Source: Opitutales bacterium
Lineage (GTDB): Bacteria > Verrucomicrobiota > Verrucomicrobiia > Opitutales > UBA2987
Direction: 5' to 3'
Assembly (NCBI GenBank): GCA_965226885.1
Contig: CBDDEL010000009.1
Coordinates: forward strand, 64,001-128,000
Length of the DNA: 64,000 nt
Part shown: positions 10,822-20,724 of the stretch, piece after piece
How the letters are laid out: every line of letters starts with the position of its first letter
How positions within the stretch are numbered: the stretch's first letter is position 1
The notes under the pieces: generated by a model
The model's input: only the letters and a program-made list of their open reading frames with translations
Told to the model about the DNA's origin: nothing
Database searches by the model: none
Made by a program: the position numbers and the translations under genes

Positions 10822-11400
10822 ATGGTTTCTACTTATTCTACTATGCTTTCTTTGGGGACTTTGGCTCCTGATTTTTCTTTGTTGGATACGGAGGGGAATT
10901 TGGTTTCGCTGGCGGATTATGCGGACGCTTCGGCTTTGCTGGTTGTTTTTATGTGCAATCACTGCCCCTACGTTATTCATTTGAAAAAGGACTTGACTGC
11001 GCTTGCTGCGGAATACGGCGCGCGCGGGGTTGCTACGATCGGCATAAATGCTAACGATGTGGTGAATTATCCTCAGGATGGCCTTGAAAAAATGGCCGAG
11101 GACAAGTCAAAATTTGGTTATCCTTTTCCCTATTTGATGGATGAGTCTCAGGAGACGGCCAAGGCTTATAGGGCGGCTTGCACTCCCGATTTTTATGTTT
11201 TCGACAAGGATCGGCGTTTGGCTTACCGGGGGCAGTTCGACGACAGCCGTCCGCGAAATGACAAGCCGATCACCGGCAGGGATATTCGGGCGGCCCTCAA
11301 TGCGGTGTTGGCGGGCAGACCGGTAGAGGGGGAACAGGCGGCCAGCATGGGCTGCAATATCAAGTGGAAGCCCGGTAACGCACCCGATTATTTCGGCTGA
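10822..11400 (+). CDS. Thioredoxin-family (AhpC/TSA-like) protein
   Basis: FMCNHCPYV, AACTPDFYVFD, YRGQFDD and SMGCNIKWK motifs; likely ATG at 10822. Confidence 0.9.
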   Translation: MVSTYSTMLSLGTLAPDFSLLDTEGNLVSLADYADASALLVVFMCNHCPYVIHLKKDLTALAAEYGARGVATIGINANDVVNYPQDGLEKMAEDKSKFGYPFPYLMDESQETAKAYRAACTPDFYVFDKDRRLAYRGQFDDSRPRNDKPITGRDIRAALNAVLAGRPVEGEQAASMGCNIKWKPGNAPDYFG

Positions 11401-11428
11401 TTTCTGGTTCAGGTTTTCGGGTCAAATT

Positions 11429-13540
11429 TTAAAGCCCTTTATAGAGGTAAAGGGCAAAGGCCGTTAAAACCAGGGCCAGCATTACCCCTATCGACCAGCG
11501 CAGCTTTTTCCGGGGGCCGGGATAAATGCCGCGGCGGGTGAGGATGCGGGAGAGGCTGAAATTGAGGCGCATGGGTCCGTTGATGGCCCACCCGCAGGCT
11601 TCCAGAACCAGGCTGAGGTCGCGTTTTCCCAATTTTAAAAGGCTTAATATGGCCGGGGGCAAAAGAATGAACATGAGGAAAACCAGGGCGGTGTATAGGA
11701 TTGTGCCGAGGTCGACATTGGAAAGGGTGCTCGTGATAAACGCGAAGGAGGAGGATAGGGCAGCGATGGCCAACCCCCCGCCGGCCAGAAAACCGCCCAT
11801 GCCTCCACCGGCCGCAGCTGGGGCCGGGGCGACTGGTTTTGCCGTCACATTTTTATCGACGGCTGAAATGCCCTCCTTCAATTGGCTTTGAAAGGCTTGC
11901 TCACGGGTGGTCGAAATTTTTTCAATCTGCGAGGTAACGAGCTGACTGAGGCGTTTGAAAGGTCCCACAATGGCCTCCCGCACACCGATCGGATGGGCTG
12001 CGATTCTGACCACGGTGGCCTCCCAGTCGCAGCCGCCGCGATCGCGGAACAATCCATTTTTGCCCACCGCCAGGCGGTTGCTGGTTCCGCTCGTGACGGC
12101 CGCGGCAATCAGCCGTTTGCCGGTTCCGGGCGGGCCTTTCAGTTCGCAATACAATAAATAAATTCCTGCCTGCCCGGCTATGGCGGCATGTTTGGCCACA
12201 TCTTCAATATCTAGACATAGGTAAAAATCGCGACCGTCCATAGTCAATGTTCCGGCCTGGAAGATGGCATTTTTTTCCAGGTGGTAAAAATCGGGCAGGG
12301 CGACAAAATTGTTGGTCAGCCGGAATAAGTCACGGTGGAATCGCAAGAGCATTTCCACTTCCGCAATGGCTTCGATTTCGGCGGCAATTTTGCGGTCTTC
12401 GGCCATCATATTTTCGAGGGCATGCGGGCGGCTGGAGGCAAGTATGGCTTCTATGCGATCCAGCCCCAGTTTCTCGACTGCGCCTCCTGCTTTTGCCTTT
12501 AACCAGTCGGCGTAGGGGGCGAATTTGGATTTGATCAGGCCCCAATCCAGCTCAGTGATCCCATCTTTTTTATCTCCCAGTAACGGGACTACCGCCAATT
12601 CCTGAAACTTTTCCAAGGCCGAGGCATAATAGGGATTTAACTTGCCCGTTAGAGGCAAGCGGCCCTCGGCATTTATTTTGGCCAATGGGCTCTCTTTCAG
12701 GATATCATTGATTTTGGGAATGGAATCCGGATTGAGAGAAGAATAGTCACCTTGTGGTGAATTAAGAGGTTTTTCCGCTCTCTGATCAAATGAAACCAGG
12801 CGGCATTTGGCAAAAAATTCCTCGATGAGGCTTTCCAGGGCCTTCATGGAAGCAAAGGCGGCCTCCGTTTCATCGCCCAGAACGAGCAATGATGAGCGGG
12901 CCGATTCACCTCTTTGACGCCACTGCCGATAATTTTCCAGTGAGTTGAAAAATAGTTCAACTTTTTGCGAATCAACTCCTTGGGCGCCTCCACGGTCCGT
13001 TTCTCCGCCCACCGTGGCGAGAATCTCTTCGATCAAATGTTTTACTTCGGGGTCATCTGCGGCTTGGGGCGGAATAATCCCGTCGCCATTGTATTTGACG
13101 GCGGCAAAAATGCTTTCAGTGTCGAGTGTATCCGCCAGGTATATCTCCGTTGCTTCGGGTTTCCCCAGGTTGCTTAAGACTCGCCGGGCCGATTGCAGCA
13201 AGCGGGCCCCTTCTTCCGAGCCGTCGTCAATAAATTCGAGGGGCAAGGTATATTTGCCGTCGCTCAGGGAGTCGTGATTTTTAAGCCTCTTGAAAGTCCA
13301 CTCAAGGGCATCGATCAATTCCTGGCAGTGGATGCGCCCGTCGCCATCGGTATCGATCATGGCGAGGGTGGATTCATCAAATTCCAGCCCCTTGGTGGGG
13401 CAACTGAGGACCACCCACAGTTTATGGTCCAGAGGACCGATGAGCTTCAAATCCTGGCCCGTTTGAATCCGCAATTGCCTCATGCCGCCAGCTTTCCAGA
13501 ATCTTGGATTCGTATCGAATGATTGAGTTTCGGGGAGCAT
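11429..13540 (-). CDS. Hypothetical 703-aa protein with an EF-hand-like loop and C-terminal membrane helices
   Basis: Long ORF; DTDGDGRIHCQE loop; hydrophobic C-terminal segments. Confidence 0.8.
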   Translation of the reverse strand: MLPETQSFDTNPRFWKAGGMRQLRIQTGQDLKLIGPLDHKLWVVLSCPTKGLEFDESTLAMIDTDGDGRIHCQELIDALEWTFKRLKNHDSLSDGKYTLPLEFIDDGSEEGARLLQSARRVLSNLGKPEATEIYLADTLDTESIFAAVKYNGDGIIPPQAADDPEVKHLIEEILATVGGETDRGGAQGVDSQKVELFFNSLENYRQWRQRGESARSSLLVLGDETEAAFASMKALESLIEEFFAKCRLVSFDQRAEKPLNSPQGDYSSLNPDSIPKINDILKESPLAKINAEGRLPLTGKLNPYYASALEKFQELAVVPLLGDKKDGITELDWGLIKSKFAPYADWLKAKAGGAVEKLGLDRIEAILASSRPHALENMMAEDRKIAAEIEAIAEVEMLLRFHRDLFRLTNNFVALPDFYHLEKNAIFQAGTLTMDGRDFYLCLDIEDVAKHAAIAGQAGIYLLYCELKGPPGTGKRLIAAAVTSGTSNRLAVGKNGLFRDRGGCDWEATVVRIAAHPIGVREAIVGPFKRLSQLVTSQIEKISTTREQAFQSQLKEGISAVDKNVTAKPVAPAPAAAGGGMGGFLAGGGLAIAALSSSFAFITSTLSNVDLGTILYTALVFLMFILLPPAILSLLKLGKRDLSLVLEACGWAINGPMRLNFSLSRILTRRGIYPGPRKKLRWSIGVMLALVLTAFALYLYKGL

Positions 13541-13663
13541 AATTTGTTAGTCAGAATGGATAAAAGGTTATTGGTTGACAAGCTTCATGTCTCTCTCTCG
13601 GATGGAGGTAATTTGCAGTAAAATTTAACAAACGACAACTTTTTGTCACGGCAGGGTGACTTA

Positions 13664-14341
13664 ATGGCAAAACGAAATAGGGAGAAAACCAGGGAAAAGA
13701 TCGTAAAGGGGGCGGTTGCCCTTTTGACCCGGACCGGATTCAAGGATTTCGGCATCAACAGCGTGGCTCGGGAAGCGGAATGCGACAAGGTACTTCTCTA
13801 TCGATATTTCGGCGATTTGGATGGGCTGCTGGCGGCGATGGCCGAATCCGTTCAGTTTTTTCCCGATCCGGATCGATTTTTGCGGGTCAGCGTGGGCGAA
13901 TCCGAATTTCGGACTGAAGCCGAGCGATTGGCATTACTCCTTTACGCCTACGCCAAAGAATTGCGCGAGCGACCCCTTACCGCTCAAATGATAAATTGGT
14001 TCGGCATGGTCGAAAATCCCATGGTGGATGCCTGCGATAATGCCCGTCGAGATTTTGAAGCAGTTTTGCTGGAAGAGGGAGATTCCTCGACGGATGATCG
14101 CAATGCCACCCGGTTAAAGATAGTTTCTCTTTTCATTAAAGGACTGGCAAGCGAATGCGGAAAAGCTGATCTTGACGACCTGGAAGAATGGAAACCCGTT
14201 TTCCGGCAAATGGGAGAATCTCTTTGGCCGTCCGGGGAAGTACATTCCGGGTTTGAAGATGACGAGGATGATAGCGAATACGGTATGGGTTCGGAAAAGA
14301 AACGGAGCGAGGAAGACGATTTCCCCTTCAGTCTTTTTTGA
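13664..14341 (+). CDS. TetR/AcrR-family transcriptional regulator
   Basis: N-terminal HTH GINSVAREAECDKVLLYRYFGDLDGL; acidic C-terminal tail. Confidence 0.85.
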   Translation: MAKRNREKTREKIVKGAVALLTRTGFKDFGINSVAREAECDKVLLYRYFGDLDGLLAAMAESVQFFPDPDRFLRVSVGESEFRTEAERLALLLYAYAKELRERPLTAQMINWFGMVENPMVDACDNARRDFEAVLLEEGDSSTDDRNATRLKIVSLFIKGLASECGKADLDDLEEWKPVFRQMGESLWPSGEVHSGFEDDEDDSEYGMGSEKKRSEEDDFPFSLF

Positions 14342-14417
14342 ATTTTTTCGGAATTGAAAATTATTTCGTGAGTGTATTGCCAAGGGTTGCGGCGAGGACA
14401 CACTGGTGGACAATTTA

Positions 14418-14577
14418 GGGCGTGTTAACACTTCGATTCAATTCAGCTTAAAAGCGTCTTTTTGGCCAAAAAAGGTGCTCATCAACTCGACGAATACCTA
14501 TTCGCCTCGCCTCTTCACATCATTTTTGGCTCGAAAATCCATCTTTTATCTTCGTTTCTCGAAGTGTTAAAACACCC
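14418..14577. mobile_element. MITE-like element (160 bp)
   Basis: 19-bp terminal inverted repeats with 2 mismatches (GGGCGTGTTAACACTTCGA vs GGGTGTTTTAACACTTCGA), flanked by TA on both sides; no transposase ORF. Confidence 0.75.
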
Positions 14578-14598
14578 TAATAAAAATTGTCCCACCGA

Positions 14599-17500
14599 AT
14601 GAAAAAACGCAGCCATGAATGCATTCGCCTGCGCGGCGCCCGGCAAAACAACCTGAAGGGTTTCGACCTGGATTTGCGGCTGGGCCAATTGGTTGTAGTG
14701 ACCGGTTTAAGCGGATCGGGAAAATCCTCCCTGGCGTTGGAAACCTTGCATGCGGAAGGGCAGCGGCGCTATGTGGAAACTTTCAGCCCCTACACCCGGC
14801 AATTCCTGGAAATGCTCGACCGGCCCAAGGTGGACGATATCGAAAACATTCATCCCTCCATCGCCATCGAGCAGAGCAATACGGTTAAAACATCGCGTTC
14901 CACAGTCGGGACGATGACCGAGTTGACGGATTTTTTTAAAATCTGGTTTTGCCATATGGCCGCCCTTTACGACCCCGAATCAGGTGAAAAAATCGAGGAC
15001 GACAATCCTGAATCGATCTGGAAGAAAACCGTTGCCAATTGGCCCAACCGTTCAGTTTTGATCACCTTTGGGGTGGACCGGCCGAAAAGCCTCTCGTGGG
15101 AAGAAATTTTTGGCTCCCTGCAAAAGCAGGGCTACTCCCGGCTGGTGCTGCCAAACGGGATTGCCAGGATGGAGGCAACCGACCCCGGCTCCTTGGGCGA
15201 AGAATCTATTCTTGTTCTGCAGGACCGCCTGAAAGTGGAAACGCCCAGCCGATCCCGTTTTTTGGAATCGACTCGGACGGCCCTGCATTTCGGGCAGGGA
15301 CAAATCTCGATCTTAAATACGCGGGGGAAAGTATTGGGCAAATTTTCCGAGGGGCTCCATTCACCTGTCAGCGGCCGTTCCTTTCGCCCCGCCAGTGCGG
15401 CTCTATTTTCTTTTAACTCACCTTTGGGAGCCTGCCCCAGATGCCGGGGGTTTGGGCGTATTATAGAGATCGACTACCGGCTCGTTATCCCGGATGAAGG
15501 GCTCAGCATCGCAGAAGGGGCCATCCGCGCTTTCGGCGGGGCCGTTTACAGCGAAAGCCAGAAAGACCTCCTGCGGGCCAGTAAAAAACCAGGCATCCGC
15601 ACCCATGTTCCATTTTGCGACCTGACCCCGAGGGAGAAAGATTTCGTCCTCGACGGGGATCCCGATTACGGACGGGACAAGGCGGTCTGGCCGCGGGCCT
15701 GGTACGGGGTGAAGCGTTTTTTCGATTGGCTGCAAACCAACACCTACAAAATGCATGTGCGGGTATTTCTCTCCAAATACCGGGCTTATACGCGCTGTCC
15801 CAATTGCCAGGGGGCGCGCCTGCAGCCGGAGGCCCTGAACTGGAAATGGCGCCGCCGGACCCTGCCCCAACTCTACCGTCTGACCGTCAGTGAGCTTCTC
15901 GAACTGGTGGAAAAATACCATAAGCCGACCGGCAATCATCAGACCGATATCGCCGCCGAATCCATCCTTTCCCGATTGCGATATCTGGAACAGGTCGGCC
16001 TCGGATACCTCAATCTGGATCGTACCTCGCGCTCCCTCTCCGGCGGCGAGGTGGAGAGAGTCAATTTAACCTCCTGTCTGGGCACTTCCTTGGTCGATAC
16101 CCTGTTCGTGCTCGATGAACCCTCGGTGGGGCTCCATTCCAGAGACATCAATCGGCTCATCGCTATTTTAAAAAGCCTCACCTCGAACGGAAACACGGTG
16201 GTGGTGGTGGAACACGATGAAGCCATCATGCGAGCGGCCGACCGGATAATCGAACTCGGCCCACTGCCCGGTAATGATGGCGGCCGGTTGACTTTTACGG
16301 GAAAAATGGACGCGCTTCTTCGTCATCCCGATTCCATTACCGGGGCCTATTTATCGGGAAAGGAAGAAATTTCCCTGCCTTCAGCCCGCAGACCGGTAGC
16401 TGCTAATTATAAGCCGAAAAAACGGAGGACTGCGCCATCCGGTCAACTGGGGTTTTCCGGCGTTTCCAAGCACAATATTGGCAACCTGAATTTTCACATT
16501 CCTTTGCGTCGGCTGGTTTGTCTGAGCGGGGTTTCCGGTTCGGGTAAATCGACCCTTCTGGACAATGTTATTTATCAGGGCATACAAGCCCACCGGGGTA
16601 AAGTAGTGGAGGACCCGGCCAAAATTGGAAAAATCACGGGCCTGAAGGAATTGTCGGAAATCGTTCTCGTCAGCCAGGCCCCGGTGAGCCGCACCCCGCG
16701 GTCAAACGCAGCCCTTTATTGCGATGCGTGGAACCCGATCCGGGAGCTTTTTGCCCAAACCGAGGAAGCCGTTGCGGGAGGGCTTTGCCCTTCCAGTTTT
16801 TCCTTCAACAGTGGGGATGGGCGCTGCCCCCAATGCCAGGGGCTGGGCTATGAGCGGATCGAAATGCAATTCATGGCCGACGTATATGTCACCTGCCCGA
16901 CTTGCGATGGCCTAAGGTTCCGGCCCGAAGTGCTGGCTGTCCGTTACAGGGAAAGGAGCATTGCCGGTGTCCTGCAATTGAATGTAAGCCAGGCGGTTGA
17001 GTTTTTTGGAGACAGCCCGAAAATTTGCTACCGCCTGCAATCCCTGGAAAATGTTGGTCTGGGCTACCTGCCGTTGGGCCAGCCGCTCAACACTCTCAGC
17101 GGCGGGGAATCGCAGCGGCTGAAACTGGTAAAATATTTGGGTGGTCTCAGTCTTGATGCCGACAACGCCCTTCTTTTACTGGATGAACCGACCACGGGTC
17201 TGCACCGGCACGATGTGCGGCGGCTGATTGGCGTTTTGCAAAAACTGGTTGAGCGTGGGCACAGCCTGGTGGTCATCGAGCATCAAATGGACATCCTCAA
17301 GTCGGCCGACTGGATTCTTGAAATGGGCCCCGAGGCAGGGGCGGGGGGCGGGAAAATCGTTTTCGCGGGAACCCCGGAGCAACTGGCTCGAAAACCGACC
17401 CCGAGCGCTTCTTATATGGCCGAAGCGCTACTATCGTCGGGCAATGGGCGAAAGGCGAAAAAAGGAAAACGCGGTCTTATCCGTTTCCCAGAGGCGCCAG

Positions 17501-20241
17501 TGTCCTTGGTAGCTGAAGATGGGGCCGAATACGAGGGGCATTCAACACCTCAATCGGTGAACATCGTGGGGGCCAGGGAGCATAACCTGAAAAACCTTTC
17601 ATTGCAGATTCCCCTTCGTGAAATTTCCGTTATCACGGGTATATCCGGCTCGGGAAAATCTTCGCTCGCTTTCGACATCATTTTCGCCGAGGGCCAGCGG
17701 CGTTTCATGGAATCAATGTCGGCTTATGCGCGGCAGTTCGTCGAGCAGATGCCCCGGCCGGATATCGACCGTTTGAGCGGCATCCCGCCAACAGTGGCCA
17801 TTGAGCAGCGCGTCACTTACGGGACGAGCAAATCCACCGTGGCTACCATTACGGAAGTGGCTCAGTATTTGCGTCTGCTCATGGCCAGGATCGGGGTGCC
17901 GCACAGCGTTCGCTCCGGCCGCCCCTTGATCGCGCAAAAGCCAACCGTATTATTGCGGCGGTTGAACGAAATTCTGCGGGAGCGGCATTCGCCCGGGAAA
18001 AGGGGAAAGTTTCCTCTTTACCTGTGCGCACCGGTTGTTCGGGGGCGCAAGGGGCACCATCAGCCATTGGCCAATTGGGCTGCCGACCATGGCTATGAAA
18101 GGTTGCGAATCGACGGGCAATTTGTGGCTATCGAGCATTTTCAAAAACTCGACCGCTACAAGGAGCACGACATCGAGGTTGCGGTGGAAAAAATCATTCC
18201 CGGTGGCGACGACGTGCCGAAGGCGAAAAGGAAGACTCTGGACGAAGCCTTGCGTTTGGGTAAGGGGGCCTGTTTTTTGGCCCGACCGGGGGGTAAAATT
18301 ACCTCCTGGTTTTCCACCACTCGGACCGACCCGGAAACGGGTGAATCCTATCCTGAACTGGACCCGAAGCATTTTTCCTGGAATTCAAAAAGAGGGTGGT
18401 GCCCGACATGCCGGGGTCATGGACGCATTTATGAATGGATGGCCTCGGATGAGGATTATCCGGCTTCCGTTCAAAACCTGGCCAACGGGTCCATTTGCCC
18501 GGATTGCCGTGGAGGCCGCCTGAACGCGGTGAGCCGGGCGGTGCGGGTATTCCAGAAAAACGGCACTATTCTAAATTTGCCCGAATTGCTGCAACAGACG
18601 CCCACCGAATTGATTCAGCGGCTGCAACGGCTCAAGCTGGATCGCCGGGGCAAAGCCATTGTCGATAGTCTTTTGCCTGAAATCATCGACCGGCTTCAGT
18701 TCATGGGCGATTTGGGCTTGAATTATCTTACCCTGGACCGGGCCACGGCTACTTTGTCGGGCGGTGAAGCGCAGCGGATTCGCCTGGCGGCCCAACTCGG
18801 CTCGAATTTATCCGGCGTTCTTTATGTCCTCGACGAGCCATCCATAGGTCTCCACGCGAGGGACAATTCGAGGCTTTTAAAATCCCTGCAAAAGCTGAAG
18901 GAAAAGGGGAACACTCTGATTATTGTCGAGCACGACGAGGAAACCATGCAAGCGGCGGACCGCATTTTCGACCTCGGTCCGGGAGCGGGATTGCATGGCG
19001 GGCAGCTACTCGCTACCGGGTCGTTAAAGGCCATCAGGAAAAACAAGGCCTCTTTGACGGGAAAGTTTTTACGCAACGGGATAACGCATCCGAGACGTGG
19101 GAGATACCGGCCCTTGCCAACTCCCTACCGCCCCAGAAAGGGATTGAGGGAAAATTGGCTGGTTTTGAAGAAAGCCTCGCTTCGCAATTTGAAGGGCGAA
19201 GATTTGTTTTTGCCTCTGGGACGACTCATCATGGTCTGTGGCATCTCCGGGGCGGGAAAATCAACCATTATTCGCGATTTGCTCAAACCTGTCGTCAGTT
19301 ATCTGGCAAAGGAAAGGCTGGACGGGATCAGCGGCCCCAAATTTTCGCGGTTGGGCCGGATCGAGAGGGATGGCAAAGCTGGTGACGGTCCGCCCTTTCG
19401 GCAGATCGCCGTCGGGACGGGTTTTCGCCAGGTGATAGAAGTCACGCAAAGCCCGATCGGCAAAACCCCGCGCTCGACTCCGGCCACGTATATGGGGGCG
19501 TTCGGTATCATTCGGGAGCTTTTTCAAATGCTGCCCGAAGCCCGTTTACAGGGGCATACCGCGAGCACTTATTCCTTCAACACAAAAGGCGGGCGCTGCG
19601 AATCCTGCAAGGGGGCAGGGCGCATCAAACTGGCTATGAATTTTCTGCCCGACACCTATGTTGATTGCGAAGTTTGCCAGGGCAGGCGTTATGCGGCGGA
19701 ATTGGCCGACATTCGGTTGCAGGGTAAAAATATCGCCGATGTCATGAACCTGACCTTCGAGGAGGCGGCCGAGGTGTTTCAATTTCATGGGCGGTTGAAG
19801 GCCATGCTGGGGCTGATGGTGAAAACGGGGCTCGGTTATTTGACCTTAGGCCAAAGCAGCCCCACCTTGTCCGGCGGGGAGGCGCAGCGCCTCAAACTGG
19901 TGAGCGAACTGGCCAAAGGGCTGACTATTCAATCCCGCAAAATGAACCCCGTCAACGGGCGCAACCTCTACATTATGGAAGAGCCGACCATCGGCCTGCA
20001 CATGAGCGATTGCGAAAAATTAATCGATGTCCTACACAACCTGGTGGACCAGGGTCACACCGTTATTGTAATCGAGCACCACCTCGATCTCATCGCGGAA
20101 GCCGATTACGTGGTCGAGATCGGCCCCGAAGGCGGCGACCAAGGAGGAGAAATCCTCTACCAGGGCCCCGTCATCGGCCTCTTAAAATGCAAACGAAGCC
20201 CCACCGCCCCCTATCTAAAAAGTAAATTGCCGATGGGATAA
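14599..20241 (+). CDS. uvrA: Excinuclease ABC subunit A, double-length (two fused UvrA units)
   Basis: Four Walker A motifs (GLSGSGKS, GVSGSGKS, GISGSGKS, GISGAGKS), four LSGGE signatures and CxxC zinc fingers. Confidence 0.95.
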   Translation: MKKRSHECIRLRGARQNNLKGFDLDLRLGQLVVVTGLSGSGKSSLALETLHAEGQRRYVETFSPYTRQFLEMLDRPKVDDIENIHPSIAIEQSNTVKTSRSTVGTMTELTDFFKIWFCHMAALYDPESGEKIEDDNPESIWKKTVANWPNRSVLITFGVDRPKSLSWEEIFGSLQKQGYSRLVLPNGIARMEATDPGSLGEESILVLQDRLKVETPSRSRFLESTRTALHFGQGQISILNTRGKVLGKFSEGLHSPVSGRSFRPASAALFSFNSPLGACPRCRGFGRIIEIDYRLVIPDEGLSIAEGAIRAFGGAVYSESQKDLLRASKKPGIRTHVPFCDLTPREKDFVLDGDPDYGRDKAVWPRAWYGVKRFFDWLQTNTYKMHVRVFLSKYRAYTRCPNCQGARLQPEALNWKWRRRTLPQLYRLTVSELLELVEKYHKPTGNHQTDIAAESILSRLRYLEQVGLGYLNLDRTSRSLSGGEVERVNLTSCLGTSLVDTLFVLDEPSVGLHSRDINRLIAILKSLTSNGNTVVVVEHDEAIMRAADRIIELGPLPGNDGGRLTFTGKMDALLRHPDSITGAYLSGKEEISLPSARRPVAANYKPKKRRTAPSGQLGFSGVSKHNIGNLNFHIPLRRLVCLSGVSGSGKSTLLDNVIYQGIQAHRGKVVEDPAKIGKITGLKELSEIVLVSQAPVSRTPRSNAALYCDAWNPIRELFAQTEEAVAGGLCPSSFSFNSGDGRCPQCQGLGYERIEMQFMADVYVTCPTCDGLRFRPEVLAVRYRERSIAGVLQLNVSQAVEFFGDSPKICYRLQSLENVGLGYLPLGQPLNTLSGGESQRLKLVKYLGGLSLDADNALLLLDEPTTGLHRHDVRRLIGVLQKLVERGHSLVVIEHQMDILKSADWILEMGPEAGAGGGKIVFAGTPEQLARKPTPSASYMAEALLSSGNGRKAKKGKRGLIRFPEAPVSLVAEDGAEYEGHSTPQSVNIVGAREHNLKNLSLQIPLREISVITGISGSGKSSLAFDIIFAEGQRRFMESMSAYARQFVEQMPRPDIDRLSGIPPTVAIEQRVTYGTSKSTVATITEVAQYLRLLMARIGVPHSVRSGRPLIAQKPTVLLRRLNEILRERHSPGKRGKFPLYLCAPVVRGRKGHHQPLANWAADHGYERLRIDGQFVAIEHFQKLDRYKEHDIEVAVEKIIPGGDDVPKAKRKTLDEALRLGKGACFLARPGGKITSWFSTTRTDPETGESYPELDPKHFSWNSKRGWCPTCRGHGRIYEWMASDEDYPASVQNLANGSICPDCRGGRLNAVSRAVRVFQKNGTILNLPELLQQTPTELIQRLQRLKLDRRGKAIVDSLLPEIIDRLQFMGDLGLNYLTLDRATATLSGGEAQRIRLAAQLGSNLSGVLYVLDEPSIGLHARDNSRLLKSLQKLKEKGNTLIIVEHDEETMQAADRIFDLGPGAGLHGGQLLATGSLKAIRKNKASLTGKFLRNGITHPRRGRYRPLPTPYRPRKGLRENWLVLKKASLRNLKGEDLFLPLGRLIMVCGISGAGKSTIIRDLLKPVVSYLAKERLDGISGPKFSRLGRIERDGKAGDGPPFRQIAVGTGFRQVIEVTQSPIGKTPRSTPATYMGAFGIIRELFQMLPEARLQGHTASTYSFNTKGGRCESCKGAGRIKLAMNFLPDTYVDCEVCQGRRYAAELADIRLQGKNIADVMNLTFEEAAEVFQFHGRLKAMLGLMVKTGLGYLTLGQSSPTLSGGEAQRLKLVSELAKGLTIQSRKMNPVNGRNLYIMEEPTIGLHMSDCEKLIDVLHNLVDQGHTVIVIEHHLDLIAEADYVVEIGPEGGDQGGEILYQGPVIGLLKCKRSPTAPYLKSKLPMG

Positions 20242-20274
20242 AATCAAAAGGATCAACCCGATCTCTTTGGACTT

Positions 20275-20490
20275 TTATGCGGTCTGGATTTCGATGTAGC
20301 CCGTCTCAGAATGCGGTAACGGAATCGATTCGCCATCCTCGCGCATGCCTTGCAGATGAAATTCAATTGCTTCCTGGATGAGTTGCACCGCTTCTTCCCG
20401 AGTCTCGCCCACGGCGACGCAACCGGGTAAATCCGGGACATAGGCACCCCATGAGGTCTCGCCCTTTTCTATCACAATGGCATATTTCAT
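20275..20490 (-). CDS. hicB: HicB-family antitoxin (short form)
   Basis: WGAYVPDLPGCVAVGETREEA motif; overlaps the hicA stop codon. Confidence 0.9.
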   Translation of the reverse strand: MKYAIVIEKGETSWGAYVPDLPGCVAVGETREEAVQLIQEAIEFHLQGMREDGESIPLPHSETGYIEIQTA

Positions 20491-20675
20491 TTTTCTAATC
20501 CTGACTGTTTTAAAATACTTTTAAGCGTTCCGGGAGGAATATCAACACTTGGTTTTCCGGAAACCGTCACCTTGCCTCGCTTCTCTGGGTTTTTCAGTTG
20601 ACGGTGGCTACCCCGAGTTCGGGAAACATACCAGCCGTCATTTTGCAATATACGGAGTATTTCCCTTACTTTCAT
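20487..20675 (-). CDS. hicA: HicA-family toxin
   Basis: GWYVSRTRGSHRQLK...GTLKSILKQSGL. Confidence 0.9.
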   Translation of the reverse strand: MKVREILRILQNDGWYVSRTRGSHRQLKNPEKRGKVTVSGKPSVDIPPGTLKSILKQSGLEK

Positions 20676-20724
20676 CTATTGTATTCCCATATGGTGTCTA
20701 AACCGAGTCTTTGGTGAGGCATCC

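Noticed and set aside
14599..20241. Double-length UvrA as a novelty
   Set aside because: Fused tandem UvrA is already known from PVC-group and some other bacteria.
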